A stretch of 58,346 bases of DNA, counting the filler, from Dugesia japonica (Eukaryota), in the NCBI GenBank assembly GCA_001938525.1. It is 5 parts of 5 records of this genome, joined end to end, with 100 filler letters (N's around TTAATTAATTAA, not from the genome) between each part and the next. Parts side by side here need not be neighbours in the genome. Positions count along the whole stretch, not along the records: positions 1 to 9,621 come from MQRL01646594.1; positions 9,722 to 20,594 come from MQRL01585713.1; 3 more parts are not named here. One strand, written 5' to 3'. Numbering within the stretch: position 1 is the first letter of the stretch; the number at the start of each line of letters is the position of its first letter. Positions 1-12,790 of the stretch are shown piece after piece. A program made the position numbers and the translations under genes. The notes under the pieces are model-generated. The model had not been told where the DNA came from and did not search any database. It was given only the letters and a program-made list of their open reading frames with translations.

Positions 1-19
1 AAATAATCATCAAAAGTAT

Positions 20-160
20 CACTCCAATTTATTTTCGGAAGAAAAAATGCTACACAAACAACAAACAAAATAGGTGCTGCTTATGGTAAAGGTGCTTTAT
101 CTGAGAGAACTGTTCGGAGTTGTGGTTTGGTAGGTTTAAAGCTAGTGATTTGAACCTTGA
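20..160 (+). mobile_element. Mariner transposase relic, N-terminal HTH portion
   Basis: Translates with a frameshift to KNATQTTNKIGAAYGKGALSERTVR..WFGRFKASDLNLD, matching the mariner N-terminal pattern (GKNA..A...I..VYG...SERT.R.WF.RFK.GDF.LED). Confidence 0.75.
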
Positions 161-242
161 CCACTGTAGTAGGTAGATAGTGGCGCATTGCCCGCATTGA
201 TTTTTCATTGAAGAACCCCCCTCAAATCCCCACCCGGCAAAA

Positions 243-620
243 TAACGGACATAAAAATTTAAAAGAAATTTAAAAACGGGTATAAATTTTAAAAGAAATT
301 TAAAAACGAGCATAAATTTTAAAAGAAATTTAAAAACGGGTATAAATTTTAAAAGAAATTTAAAAAAGGGGATAAATTTTAAAAGAAATTTAAAAACGAG
401 CATAAATTTTAAAAGAAATTTAAAAACGGGCATAAATTTTAAAAGAAATTAAAAAACGGGTATAAATTTTAAAAGAAATTTAAAAACGAGCATAAATTTT
501 AAAAGAAATTAAAAAAGGGGATAAATTTTAAAAGAAATTTAAAAAAGGGGATAAATTTTAAAAGAAATTTAAAAACGGGCATAAAAATTTATAAGAAATT
601 TAAAAACGGGCATAAAAATT
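243..620. repeat. 30-bp tandem minisatellite (cataaattttaaaagaaatttaaaaacggg)
   Basis: About 12 near-identical units are directly visible. Confidence 0.95.
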
Positions 621-1092
621 TATCTACATTTATTATTCTAATTAGATAGATATCTACTATATTCAGCAGTCCTTTCAGATTTGGTAACTTTTTTCGAAAT
701 TTAAAAATTTATCTCAAAATTGGTCAAAGAGGTATCTATTCGATAGAGAATCTTTCACTGATTCCAAATATGTAAACCTAAAATCATCAAACCTTATATA
801 TATAAAAAGTTAAATAGAAAAACATGTACTTCATTTTTAGGGCTCCGGGAGGGAATTATGAAATTTAAAAAGGGTAACTCAATTTTGAACATCAATGTAT
901 CCATTAGATAGAAAATTTAAAGTTGAGTAGGAAAAACTTAGTAAAAAATCAACAAAAAAAGTTAAATCTACATAAAAAGTTAAATAGAAAAAACATGAGG
1001 TACCACTGATGAAAAACATTTCGAAACAATTGTTGAGAATAANNNNNNNNNNNNNNNNNNNNNNNNNNNNNNNNNNNNNNNNNNNNNNNNNN

Positions 1093-1375
1093 AAAAATTT
1101 AAAAGAAATTTAAAAACGGGCATAAAAATTTAAAAATGGGCATAAATTTTAAAAGAAATTTAAAAAATGGGATAAATTTTAAAAGAAATTTAAAAACGGA
1201 CATAAAAATTTAAAAGAAATTTTAAAAACGGGCATAAAAATTTAAAAACGGCCATAAATTTTAAAAGAAATTTAAAAACGGACATAAAAATTTAAAAGAA
1301 ATTTTAAAAATGGGCATAAAAAATTTAAAAACGGGCATAAATTTTAAAAGAAATTTAAAAACGGGCATAAAAATT
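1093..1375. repeat. Second copy of the 30-bp minisatellite array
   Basis: Same unit as 243-620, with partial units. Confidence 0.9.
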
Positions 1376-1674
1376 TATCTACATTTATTATTCTAATTAG
1401 ATAGATATCTACTATATTCAGCTGTCCTTTCAAATTTGGTAATTTTTTTCAAATTTAAAAATGTATCTCAAAATTGACCAAAGATGTATTTATTCGATAG
1501 TGAATCTTTCACTGATTCCAAATATGTAAACCTAAAATCATCAAACCTTATAGATAAAAAGTTAAACAGAAAAACATGTACTTCATTTTTAGGGCTCCGG
1601 GAGGGAATTATGAAATTTGAAAAGATGTATCCATTAGATAGAAAATTTAAAGTTGAGTAGGAAAAACATGAGGT

Positions 1675-1923
1675 ACCACTGATGAAAAACATTTCGAAAC
1701 AATTGTTGAGAATAATTTACACCATACGACACTTTAGAAATTAGCAGAAATGTTAAATGTACCGAATGCCACCATCCATTTATTGAAACTTGGATACATA
1801 AACCGTTTAGATATATGGATTTCACACGATTATAGTGAAAAGAACTTGATGAATGAAATCAACATCTACAACTCGCTCGAATTTTTATTGAAAATCGGCA
1901 CGAACTTTCCCGATGACCCTATA
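1675..1923 (+). mobile_element. Mariner relic continuation and 3' TIR (internally deleted)
   Basis: Reads TTDEKHFETIVENN..EIAEMLNVPNATIH.LKLGYINRLDIWISHDYSEKNLM, where WISHDY corresponds to the WVPHEL motif. It is followed by the TIR-like aaaatcggcacgaactttcccgatgaccctata ending in TA. Confidence 0.75.
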
Positions 1924-1959
1924 CTTCGNATGTTTTATTACATTTTTTACACCGTCAAA

Positions 1960-2500
1960 ATGAATGTCTTCAAACATCCTCGTACCGTAAAAGCAGCGGT
2001 AGAAATTTTACAAGAACGCTGCTTCTTTCCGAAAATGACGTTTTGTCAAAACGGTCATGAAATGAAACTTTACCATGGTTCGCATATTTTCTGGAATTGC
2101 GGAACGTCCAGCTGCCGAAGAAAAGTCAATATTTACGTTGAAAATTGATTCATCAGTAGTTGTGTGAAATTTGTGACAGCCATTCATTTCTTTTATTTTT
2201 GGTCAAAGGAATTGAGGTAGGGTAAACTGTGCAGTGAAGAATTTGGCATGAATAACAACTGTACATGATCTTCAAAATAAATGAAAGCTTGTTTTCTAAG
2301 CACAAGAATCACGACGGCCGAATGTTTCCTCTGCAATGGATCTTAGGTGGGCTAGGTTGGGAGACGCGCAAGTATTTTTTGGTCAAGGCGCACGATCGCA
2401 GTGCTAAGATATTGATGGCAATTTCAGAAAATGTTGAAACTGGTTATCAGTAAAATTTCGTCAATCCAACACGAGTGTTCACACTCAAAAAGTTGTATAA
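1960..2500 (+). mobile_element. Merlin (IS1595/ISXO2-like) DDE transposase pseudogene
   Basis: N-terminal zinc finger (CQNGHEM...WNC..SSCRRK), then INESLFSKHKNHDGRMFPLQWILGGL..ETRKYFLV..DRSA and NFVNP..VHTQ. These match the Merlin motifs (IDESxFxKRKyxxGR..qWvfGG; NFVdP.TG.HTQ). Stops and frameshifts are present. Confidence 0.8.
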
Positions 2501-5500
2501 TAATTTTACTTCTCGTTAGCATGATGGTACTATCTACTTTCCTATTATCAGTAGAAAAAATATTATTATTATAATAAATATTCAATAATAATAATTATAA
2601 TAATAATAATACTTCAAAAATAATAAATTATAACTCAAAAGGATGTTGCTATGAAGTAAAAGCCAAATTCTAATCAAAACAAGTTGTATATGTATAAATA
2701 AAATTNAAGTAAATTTTCACTTATTGATTAATTTCCAAATAATTTTACACAGGATATTAATATTTCTGCACATTAATTGTGTGCTGATGAATATACTGAC
2801 AAAAATTGCTGTTTAGTAAAACCGATACGACATGATGCTGCCGCACTTATGCTTCTGATTGATCGAGAAATTATATATATGATGCGCACACTTGTTTTGT
2901 GACTCATTTCTTTCAATCATTGGATTAATAAATTACTGGATCTCATTTCGATTTTTGATCCAACTCATTGCAAATGCTAAATAGCAAATTTTCAAATGAA
3001 ATATTACCAATCTTTTTTCGAAAATATTTTATTATTCAACATTTATTATTCGTTTTAATCATTTGAAACAATGTGGAAAAATTTAGCTAATTTTTAATAT
3101 TTTGGTATAATAGTCTATTATAGTAGCAATAATAATAATTATTAATTTCGTTAATTGATTTTTTCATAGTAAAGTAATAGTTGATATAAAAATCAAAATT
3201 ATTATTATTCTTTTTACAATTTGTTCTTATAGAAATCTCATTTCATTACCGGTATATTTTATTAGGTGATGTATTGTTTTGGCATAAAATTGTAAAGTTA
3301 TTTCATGATTGACACAAGAAATAGAACATATAGAAATTATTGTCTTTTATAAATCTTTAAGATTGGCAGGTAAAAAGAAAGAAAAAGAAAAATTATTATT
3401 TTTAGTGAACATAATAATCTAAAACTTGGTGAAGTATAATGAAGTCATAATTGATGGATCAGATGTCAATGGAGTGTTGAAATAAATATGGCATATCTAG
3501 TTGTTATTCTTGGTCACTAATTAGTTCAAATCAATATGAAACATTTATTTTGTGTTTTGAATAGATAAATTAATTTATCTGTTTCATTACTTTCTAATTT
3601 GATTAATCCTGGAGATACATTTCAGCGAATACTAGCCCAAATATATCTCCAGGCACCAATATACTGATAGAAATCTCTTTGTTGTTGTAACTGATGGAGC
3701 TATAAATTCATTTTAATTTGGCTGCATAGATCTATCGGTACTTGAAGATAAATAAATAACAGTAATTCGATGTATTTTTATCAATCAATAAACAAATGTA
3801 ATTTCATTATTCCTTTTTTACAATCGGTCTTAAATTGAAAGATGAGTCTGATTTTCATATGATAGGAACTTGAGAAGCTATTACTGTTGTTGAAGTTTTA
3901 AAATATGTTTTCATACAATTTTAAAAGTTAAATCGTTTAAATGACTAATGTGCAGTCTGCTCGTTTGTTTTCTTTTGCTTATTTTTCTTTTCTTTATTTT
4001 TTTCTTCACGTTAAAAGATTAATTTTTTTAGTTTTCAAAGCTAAAAATATTTTCATTTTTATAAATCTTACGAAAAAAGCGTTAAATTCATAAACAAATT
4101 CTTTAGTATATTCTGAATTGAAGCTAAAAGCCATAAAAAAATTACACATTTATTTTACACATTTTTTGTTTTATGCGGTTCGTGATGAGCTGCAAAATTT
4201 GAGCAGCAGTTCCAACACACAAATGAGTTGCACATCCCTGGTTTAAATGGTCACCAAGATAAAGAACAAATTTATCCAAATATTTAGTTAAAAATATTTG
4301 TTTATGAAGTATTTATAATTCTAACCAAGTATACAGTGAAATAATAATTTTAAGAATTAACAATCACGAGAATCATGTTTATTTTAAATTTTACTCTGCA
4401 CTTTAAAATTAATACTTANNNNNNNNNNNNNNNNNNNNNNTTAGATTCTTTTGTTGGAATTGGAATAATGTGTTGTAAAAATGCTTTGAAAATATTTTCA
4501 GGTTCCAAAAATTAAGGAATATTACTTCCAGATTTATTAGGAATTTAACTAGAAAATTATCTACATTTTTCATTGAAAAAATTAATACTAACACTAATAA
4601 TATTAATAATAACAATACTAATAAAAATAATAATATAAGTTATCGATTTATGATTTGATGAATTCTTTTATCAAATTGAGCATTAATCAATTAATTTATT
4701 GAATATCAAATTATTTGAAATGAATAAGATAAATTTTTTGAGTTTGTTAATATCATGTGATGTTCTATTACAACACAATAATTTCCTCGATTGTTCGTTT
4801 TTGATGCATTTATTCACTCGTTATTAGGCGATATCACTATTGACTAAATCAATGTTTACTGATAACAAATAATTGTTGTCTGTTGATTGAAACATGTGCC
4901 GATTATTATTATTTTTTTCTTATAAAAAATTTGCCTCAATTATAGAATATCGATTACTTAACAAACTTAAAACAAGGTTGCCTAACGACTTTATTTCGAG
5001 TATGCAATGATATCAAAGTCCAGATCATAATGTGTCTGTATGTATTCCCAGTTGATTTTGACAGTCATAGTCTTAAACCTTGCTGAAATAATATTCGATT
5101 TTGAGGAGACTGATTTACAATTTTTACATCATCTAATGATCGGAATAATAATTATTTTTTTAAAATTTAAATGGTTGGCATAAATCATTTGTCATCTGCC
5201 GATAGTCTTCATCAATTATTTATAGCAAATAGTACTAACAATGAAGAAATTTTATAATTATTATTATTAATTAATTAAATTTTTTATACATTTAAATCAA
5301 TATTTCTAGTAGAACTGTTATAATTTACTTCCAAATTTATTACTGGTATGATATAAACAATAAATATTGTCGACATCAATCAGTCAGGCAGAATAAATGT
5401 GTGACAGAAAGAGCTAAAATTGTTACATAAATCACATCATTCTATTGTGAAATTGTAATTCAAAAAAGAAGTGCAAATATTTTTATTGTAACAAACTTTT

Positions 5501-7093
5501 TGTCTTGAAGAAGATCATGACAGTGTTTAATAATTCAACTTATTATCTACATAGATCTATCTATGTAGATAATAACTTATTTCTGTAAATTGACATCTAT
5601 CAAATTTTTAGAGATTTTTTTAAAAAAGAGCTAAACATCAAATTTAATTTTTTGAAAATTTTGAACAAATGCTCTTTATCTAGAAAACTTTCGTATTTAA
5701 AATTTTGAATTGATACATATTTTGAAACATTGTTTTAATTGATTAATTATTTTTGTTATTGAATTATTTTAAATTAATTATTTTCACTGTTTATGATTTA
5801 GAGTTTTTCAGTCTTTATTATTTTTTCTATGCATCGTAGAAGTATTTCAATCGAATTTTCATTTTATGTGTTTGTTCTGGTAATATTTTAAGTTCGTGTT
5901 GAAAATGTTTGGAGATTAATTTTATGTGTAAAATGTTCCTTAATTATGTTGCTCCCGTTATGATAAAGAAAAAGTCTGAAGATTAGTTGTTGGTACAAAT
6001 TAAACAATTTCAAATATTTAATTTTTACCTGTGAAATCTGCCAGTATTTATTGAAATTTCATAGGAAATTTCATCAGGAAATTAATTACTATTCTGTAAA
6101 GATAATTTGAGAAAAAATAAATATTTATAATTTTTTGTAAAAACTTCAATTTTATTAGTAAATTATAAAATTTCAATTAAAAATCAATATTTCCAATAAA
6201 TCAAATTAATTTTGTACTTTTTTCCTCAATCTTAAATCTCTAATTATCGATTTATTGAAAATCAACATCAATTTGAATTTCTATTTGTTTATATATCGTT
6301 TCATCATCGATTTCAATTTGATAGGGAGGTTAAAATTACGATAGGAATAATTAGTTAAATCTCATCTATTTGTGAGTCATCACACAATGCATTCTTTTAT
6401 TGACGATAATTTCTACTGTAGCAGAGTTGGCTCGTCGTTGCGATTGTTTTATTAGAATTCCTATTTCCTTTTCAATTGAAGAATTTTTAGGATATCGTTA
6501 TAATGTTGTTGATGCACGCTGAACAATTGGTTATTCATGAAATATCGACATCAATTAAGGCATCGATGGAATTTGATTCTTATTATTAAATATAGTTTGT
6601 TAAAATTGGTTAAGATTTTGTCAAAACATTGTTACCATCAATTTGAATTTTATTATTTCATTACAAGTTCATCTGGTCTAATTTAATATTATCAATAATA
6701 ATAATAATAAATAATAGTAAATAAATAAAAATTTAATAATTTTATTATTAGTATTTAATGTTAATAAAATATTTGAGAATGCAATAAATGATGCATAAAC
6801 ATTGTTAAATAAATTATTATAATATTGCTGGGAACAGGTTGATAAATCAGTGGGAACAGTTGCTTGAAAACAATAAATTGCACATTGAAATGATGAATGA
6901 TGATGACAGTGAGACTGTCAATTATGAATAAATGTAGATTTTAGTGCTGTTGATGACAGTTCTGCAATTAACACTGTACAGTAATTGTGTTAGCAACACA
7001 ATATTGACATATTATATCAATGCTAATTTGTCCAACATCTATTGATAATCAATTTAAATGATATTTTAATTGATTTTTAATAAATTTCTTCAG

Positions 7094-7389
7094 GCTTCCT
7101 CTTTCAGTAGTATGACCGATTCGACTGTTTCTTTAAATATTATAACTGTCACTCTTAACATGGATACAGTTCCATTTCTGGGAATATCAATCGTAGGACA
7201 AACTAATGGTAGTCAAGAAAACGGAGATGGAGGAATTTATGTTGGATCAATAATGAAAGGAGGAGCTGTTGCATTAGATGGTCGAATTGAACCCGGTGAT
7301 ATGATTCTTGAAGTAAACGGAATCAGTTTCGAAAATGTAAGTAATGAAGAAGCTGTTAGGACTCTTAGAGAACAAGTTCAAAAGCTAGG
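7094..7389 (+). CDS. dvl: Dishevelled exon (PDZ domain)
   Basis: [36 protein letters not shown]...[32 protein letters not shown] is the Dvl PDZ signature. Acceptor AG at 7092-7093, donor GT at 7390. Confidence 0.96.
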
Positions 7390-7437
7390 GTAAATAGATA
7401 ACATTTTTCTTCATTTAAATAAACTTGAAAATTCTAG

Positions 7438-7880
7438 TCCTGTAACTTTGGTAGTGGCAAAGAGCTGGGATCCAAATCCTCCAGGTTATATGCTTCCTCA
7501 GCAAGATCCAGTCAGGCCAATTGATCCTAGAGCATGGGTGTTGCATACCCAAGCAATGGGTAACATGGCCCCTCCTACTCAACCACCTTCAAGCGGTGAT
7601 CAGTTTATCCAAAGCGGAAAATATTTGCCATATGCCGGAGCTATGTCAACTGTTGCCAGTACTATTACTACTACTAGCTCTAGTTTAAAAAGCAGCTCTG
7701 TAGTAGAAGTTCAAAACCCTCAAGGCAAATTTATTAATCGAAATGATGAGTCTATTCCATCTCCTTTAACTGTCAACCACGAGCCCGCTATAATCATACG
7801 AGCTATGGCCCAGGCAGATTCTGGACTACTAATTCGTGACCGATTGTGGCTGAAAATAACTATATACAATGCTTTTATTG
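7438..7880 (+). CDS. dvl: Dishevelled exon (end of PDZ, Pro-rich linker, start of DEP)
   Basis: After a 48-bp intron the frame continues [27 protein letters not shown]...[21 protein letters not shown]. Donor GT at 7881. Confidence 0.96.
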
Positions 7881-7926
7881 GTTAAGAACTATTTTTCAAT
7901 GATTTATTGTCACAATAAATTTATAG

Positions 7927-8094
7927 GTTCAGATCTTGTAGATTGGTTATATTCTCATGTTCAAGGGTTTAGTGACAGAAAAGAAGCCAGAAAATTTGCA
8001 ACAAATCTTTTGAAAATGGGTTTTATCAGACATACAGTTAATAAATCCAGTTTCTCAGAACAGTGCTATTATGTGCTCAATGATATGACGAGTG
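7927..8094 (+). CDS. dvl: Dishevelled exon (DEP domain)
   Basis: After a 46-bp intron: [50 protein letters not shown]. Probable donor GTTAGT at 8095. Confidence 0.95.
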
Positions 8095-8187
8095 GTTAGT
8101 TTTGTTTTATTTGAGTTATAATGATGAATAACAAATAAATATCTCTTTATTGTTAATTGGCTGGCAGTTATATTTCAATATATCTAC

Positions 8188-8265
8188 AGCAGTGGTTCTT
8201 AAACTTTTTAGGATTTCTTTTGTGGCGGTCTTTTAGGGATATTTTCAAGGTTCGCGAACACTTAA
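8188..8265 (+). mobile_element. hAT-type MITE 5' end fragment
   Basis: CAGTGGTTCTTAAACTTTTT resembles hAT/Charlie termini. Confidence 0.4.
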
Positions 8266-8479
8266 AATTTACAGTTTATATTAATTAAATTAACATTGAA
8301 AATTGCAGGATTTTGTTCCGTATTTGGAGCAAATCCAGATAAAATACTCGCTAATTTTAGATTAGACGAGAGCGTTAAACTTTGTGGTCTAATAAAAAGT
8401 AAAGATTTGGGTAAGAGTAATCACAATAAAACACATTAGACGCAAACATAGGCGTTATCCCGTAAATGTATGAATGCTT

Positions 8480-8655
8480 AACCTTCGTAAACATGATTCC
8501 TATGAACGTGGGATATTGAGTCTTCAATCGCGTTGGGAACAATGTATTCAATGTAATGGAAATTATTTTAAATGAATAAATGTGTTTAATTTAAGAATGT
8601 ATTATTTTCATTTTTGTTCGTAATAACGCTAATTATTTTCCGAACAACCTAATAT
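8480..8655 (+). mobile_element. Mariner 3' end relic with TIR
   Basis: YERGILSLQSRWEQCIQCNGNYFK* is the mariner C-terminus. It is followed by the TIR-like aacgctaattattttccgaacaacctaata. Confidence 0.75.
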
Positions 8656-9621
8656 AAAACCATTTAAATATTCATTTTATTATCGATTTAATGTTTCACA
8701 TGAATTTCCAAAACATTAAGTGATTCGATTTCCTATAACGAGAATTATTTTAAACATTTATAATGATTCACAAATTAATGGGATTTTCTAGCTCAAAGAA
8801 GTGACAATTTATTTTATGATGTAATTTACAAAATATTTTTTTTCATTTGAAATAAATCTAGTAAAAATATTTTTATAATTAACTTTAAAATATTTAAAAT
8901 TTATTAATTATTATATTCTAATTTAATTTAACTTACATTTCACAATGAGATTTTAAAGACAACTTAATTACAATGATTGCACATGATTGCTTACAATGAA
9001 CAAATTAATTTTTATTTAATTACTTAATTTTTTACATGAATTTTTAATTAATATCATAAAATTATACATTAATTATATCAAGTCAACGATTTATTATTGA
9101 TTATGTCAACTTTATTGATTATTAATTATTGTTATTTCATAATATTATTTGACGTATTGAGCCATCATTATTACCGGAACATCATTTAACATTATCCATC
9201 TCACACTCAACATGAAATTTCAAATATTTAACAATGAACAGCTCAACTGTTTTCCAGAAAAATTCATCCCTTAAAATTTAATATATTACTCTAATTTGCA
9301 TAAATTAATTTCACCATTTTGTTTTATGACATTATGCAAATTTATTCCTTTATTTTGGAAAATTCATAACAAAGAACTTTAGATAAAATCTATTATTTGA
9401 GACATTCTATAATTTTTCATTGACATAATTATTATTAGGCATCCATTTTTTGAAAGAATTAGTTATTATAAAATATTTCAACCTTTATCTTCCATTTTCT
9501 TATTTCTAGTGAAAATTAAAAACAAAAATATCAATAATGTTGTGGAATATATACGCAAATTTGTCTAATTCATCACTTTTCTGATTTACATAATCATCGT
9601 TGAAATAATCTAATTAGAATT

Positions 9622-9721
9622 NNNNNNNNNNNNNNNNNNNNNNNNNNNNNNNNNNNNNNNNNNNNTTAATTAATTAANNNNNNNNNNNNNNNNNNNNNNN
9701 NNNNNNNNNNNNNNNNNNNNN
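9622..9721. other. Artificial contig spacer
   Basis: 44N + TTAATTAATTAA (stops in all six frames) + 44N. Confidence 0.95.
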
Positions 9722-10540
9722 TTGTTTAAGAAAGAATAACATGATAAGACGTATTGTTACAAAGATTTGAAAAGGACTATCAATGCGCAAAATGAGGCAA
9801 TCCCGTAAAATTGAATCAATCCCGAGATTGTATACCCTAATGTTAATAAGATAGCAATATTTATTCGATTGGCTCTCACTAAAAACTGGTAGCGTGACTG
9901 CCACACGTAGAAAATTATACTACAACAATAATTNGTTTTATTTTCATTAACTACAATAAAAACATGTTAAACAAATAAACAATAATGTGTAGTTAAACAA
10001 TTAAATATTGTCCAAGTTGATTTTTTATATTATTATTATAGTAAATTTACAAGCAGCATAATTTAACAAAAAATAATTTGAGTTTTCCGGAATATTTTCA
10101 CTTTAAAAACATTTAATAAATTTTTTTTATGTATATTTAGATTTTACATTTTCATATTAAAAATCTATTTTTCTTTAAAGCGTTGAATAAGTAGATATTT
10201 GAAAACTATCCAATAAATTTCATTGTTTCTAAATCGAACACTTGTTATAAGTTGCTAAATATTTATCTATTTTCCCTAGAAAAACCTTCGTTAAAATCGA
10301 ATTTTCCATAAACAGAAGCTGTTATATACACAATTTACATAGAGTAAATACAAGTTCAATAAATTTGGACTACTTATCCGGTATCAAGTGATGCAATTTT
10401 TATAACCGGGAGCATTACAAGTGGGAAATATTGTAATTACAAAATGTTAATTAATTTACCTCGTGAGTTATACATTTATTACGAATAACTATTTAATATA
10501 TTTGAAACAAATTAAAAAGTTTAATATGTTTAGTCTTATA

Positions 10541-10582
<42 letters not shown>
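10541..10582. repeat. (AAT)n microsatellite
   Basis: Directly visible. Similar tracts at ~11123-11175, ~16165-16202 and ~18012-18073. Confidence 0.95.
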
Positions 10583-10583
<1 letters not shown>

Positions 10584-11118
10584 TCAATAATAATTTCATA
10601 TAAATGTACATATATTTAAATTGACAAGATACTTGTAAATCAATAATTAAATTTTAAAATGGTCAGAACCTTAGACAATAAAAATATACGTTAAATTTTG
10701 TTACAAAGCCTAGTTCTTATTTCAGGATGAATGCTGCCGTTTTGTGTTTTGCGTCATAATTGGTCAATATTGCAAAACAAAAGAAAATCGATAAAAGCTT
10801 TTTAATGATAACATTTATCTCAGAGCTACAATGATTATAATTATTACATTATTGTTTAACGGCTATAAACAATAGAAATATACCAGCTATAAACCTAAAT
10901 GTTATTGTCTTCAGACAACATTTTTTATATCAAGAGAAATATTTCCCTTTTGTTTAATTAAATTTTTTAGTATGCAGATGAAAATATTATTGTATCATAA
11001 ACTTAAAGCATTTATTTTATAAAGAATTGAATTAAAATTTTCAGTTCTCTCTATATTACGTATATAAACTTGAGTTCTTATTGAACCCGATTAGAATATA
11101 AATGTACAAAATAATATA

Positions 11119-11178
<60 letters not shown>

Positions 11179-12677
11179 CATAGTATTAAATCTTATCGTG
11201 ATCTGCAATGAATACATTTTACTGATCCACTTAGGATATTAATAACATTAAAATTAATTAATAATTTGCCATTTTAAGTTGTACAACATACGAAAATGAA
11301 CTCGCCGTCAAAGGCTTTACAATTTATTAGCAGATGAGATACTTTATCTTATTTTATTTCGTCAAATTATAAGTGGTTCAATATTTGATAACTGAAGGAT
11401 AAGATTTGTCTGGGATTTATGGAATATATTTAATTTATTTCTGAATAATTTTAAATTTTAATTCTTTATTAATTAATTGTCATGTTTAAAATCGTGCGCA
11501 CTTTGACAATAAATAATCATTTATTAATAATCGGAAATTTTATAAAAATTTGTTATTTTTGGAATTGACCTTTCACAATTTTTGAACTTTTAGTTGTTTT
11601 GTGTTAAAAAGTTTCTTCAAATATAAAATACCACTTTGAATTCGATAAAATATTTAATTTAATTATTGATATTATTTCAATTTTGAAAAAATATTAGCAA
11701 AATATATTGAAATTACAAAATATTTTCATATGTGCATGATTTTAAAATACCATTTTCAATTTAACATCAAACAATTTATTGTTGATTGAAAAATCAATAA
11801 AAAAATTTTAATAAATAAAAACAGTTAAAATTATTCATACTAAAAATAATTAAAAATTAATCTCAAATTAAAGCTTTCTTATTTAAAGAGTTATAAATAA
11901 ACAATATTAAATATATTTTGCTGAATAGTGTAACTTGTTACTTTATAATAACTGAAAAGAAAGAATCAATTAAAATATCGATATTTAAAACTCAAAAAAA
12001 TTAATAAAATAAAAATTTAATTTATTTTATTTGTTCTGTTTAATCATCAAATCTTTAAGAATGACTGGATATTCTCAAATAACCGAACTAATATTTAGAT
12101 TTTAAATGATAATTATTTTGTGCATTTTAGTTGGGAAACATTGACAAAAAAGAAGAACAATATTCTAAGATAAATAAAAATAATTTTTGATTATATTAAT
12201 TAATAAATGAAAACTTTTAATCTAATATTTACAGTTTTACAATTTGTGCAAAATGTATTGAATTTGTAAATATTACAGTTGTCGTTTATGATAAGACTTT
12301 AAAGATCAGTAAATAGAGCGATAATTACATAGATTTTTATTTTAAGTCTTGAATGATATATTAGCTATAATTTGAATAATGAAATTTTATTAAAAGGATT
12401 ATTATACAAAATTGAATTGATTTTATAAATAAATTACTTCTTTTCCATAATTGTTGTTCTTTAAATTTCCATAGAAATTTTATTTATGAAAACTTTATAT
12501 AAACGTTTTTGAAAAACTTTAAAATTTAATAGAATTGATTTATTCAAGGTTTTCTGCCAAATCGTTTTCAAAATATAATCTTGATCTTAATAATTTTAAA
12601 TTTGTAATGTTATGTTTTATATTTTTCAATATTATTTTCATTTGGTCTTTGATTTAAGCTTTTCATAATCCCTAGTT

Positions 12678-12790
12678 TTGGCATGTGAAATTTAGTCAAA
12701 ACCGCGGGCCGGAAAATAAATATTACATCAAACCGCAGACCTGATTTATAACTCGAATATAAGAACAGTACAAAGAGAAATGTACTTTTA
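12678..12790 (+). mobile_element. hAT-type MITE end fragment (same family as 16624-16926, inverted)
   Basis: ggcatgtga...cgggccggaaaataaatattaca...tgatttataactcgaat..aacagtaca matches the reverse complement of ~16825-16926. Confidence 0.65.

Larger units (their letters stand above)
161..1674. mobile_element. Non-autonomous repeat element with internal 30-bp minisatellite, inserted in the mariner and partly duplicated across an N gap
   Basis: Interrupts the mariner coding sequence. Begins near CACTGTAG. The segment ~600-1042 recurs at ~1360-1715, and a related inverted copy lies at ~37150-37370. Confidence 0.6.

Noticed and set aside
50-433. 127-aa ORF with FKFLLKF repeats
   Set aside because: It is a translation of the 30-bp minisatellite.
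3600-4240. Possible hAT transposase relic ending in gttgcacatccctg
   Set aside because: The TIR-like end is suggestive, but the protein similarity is too weak to call.
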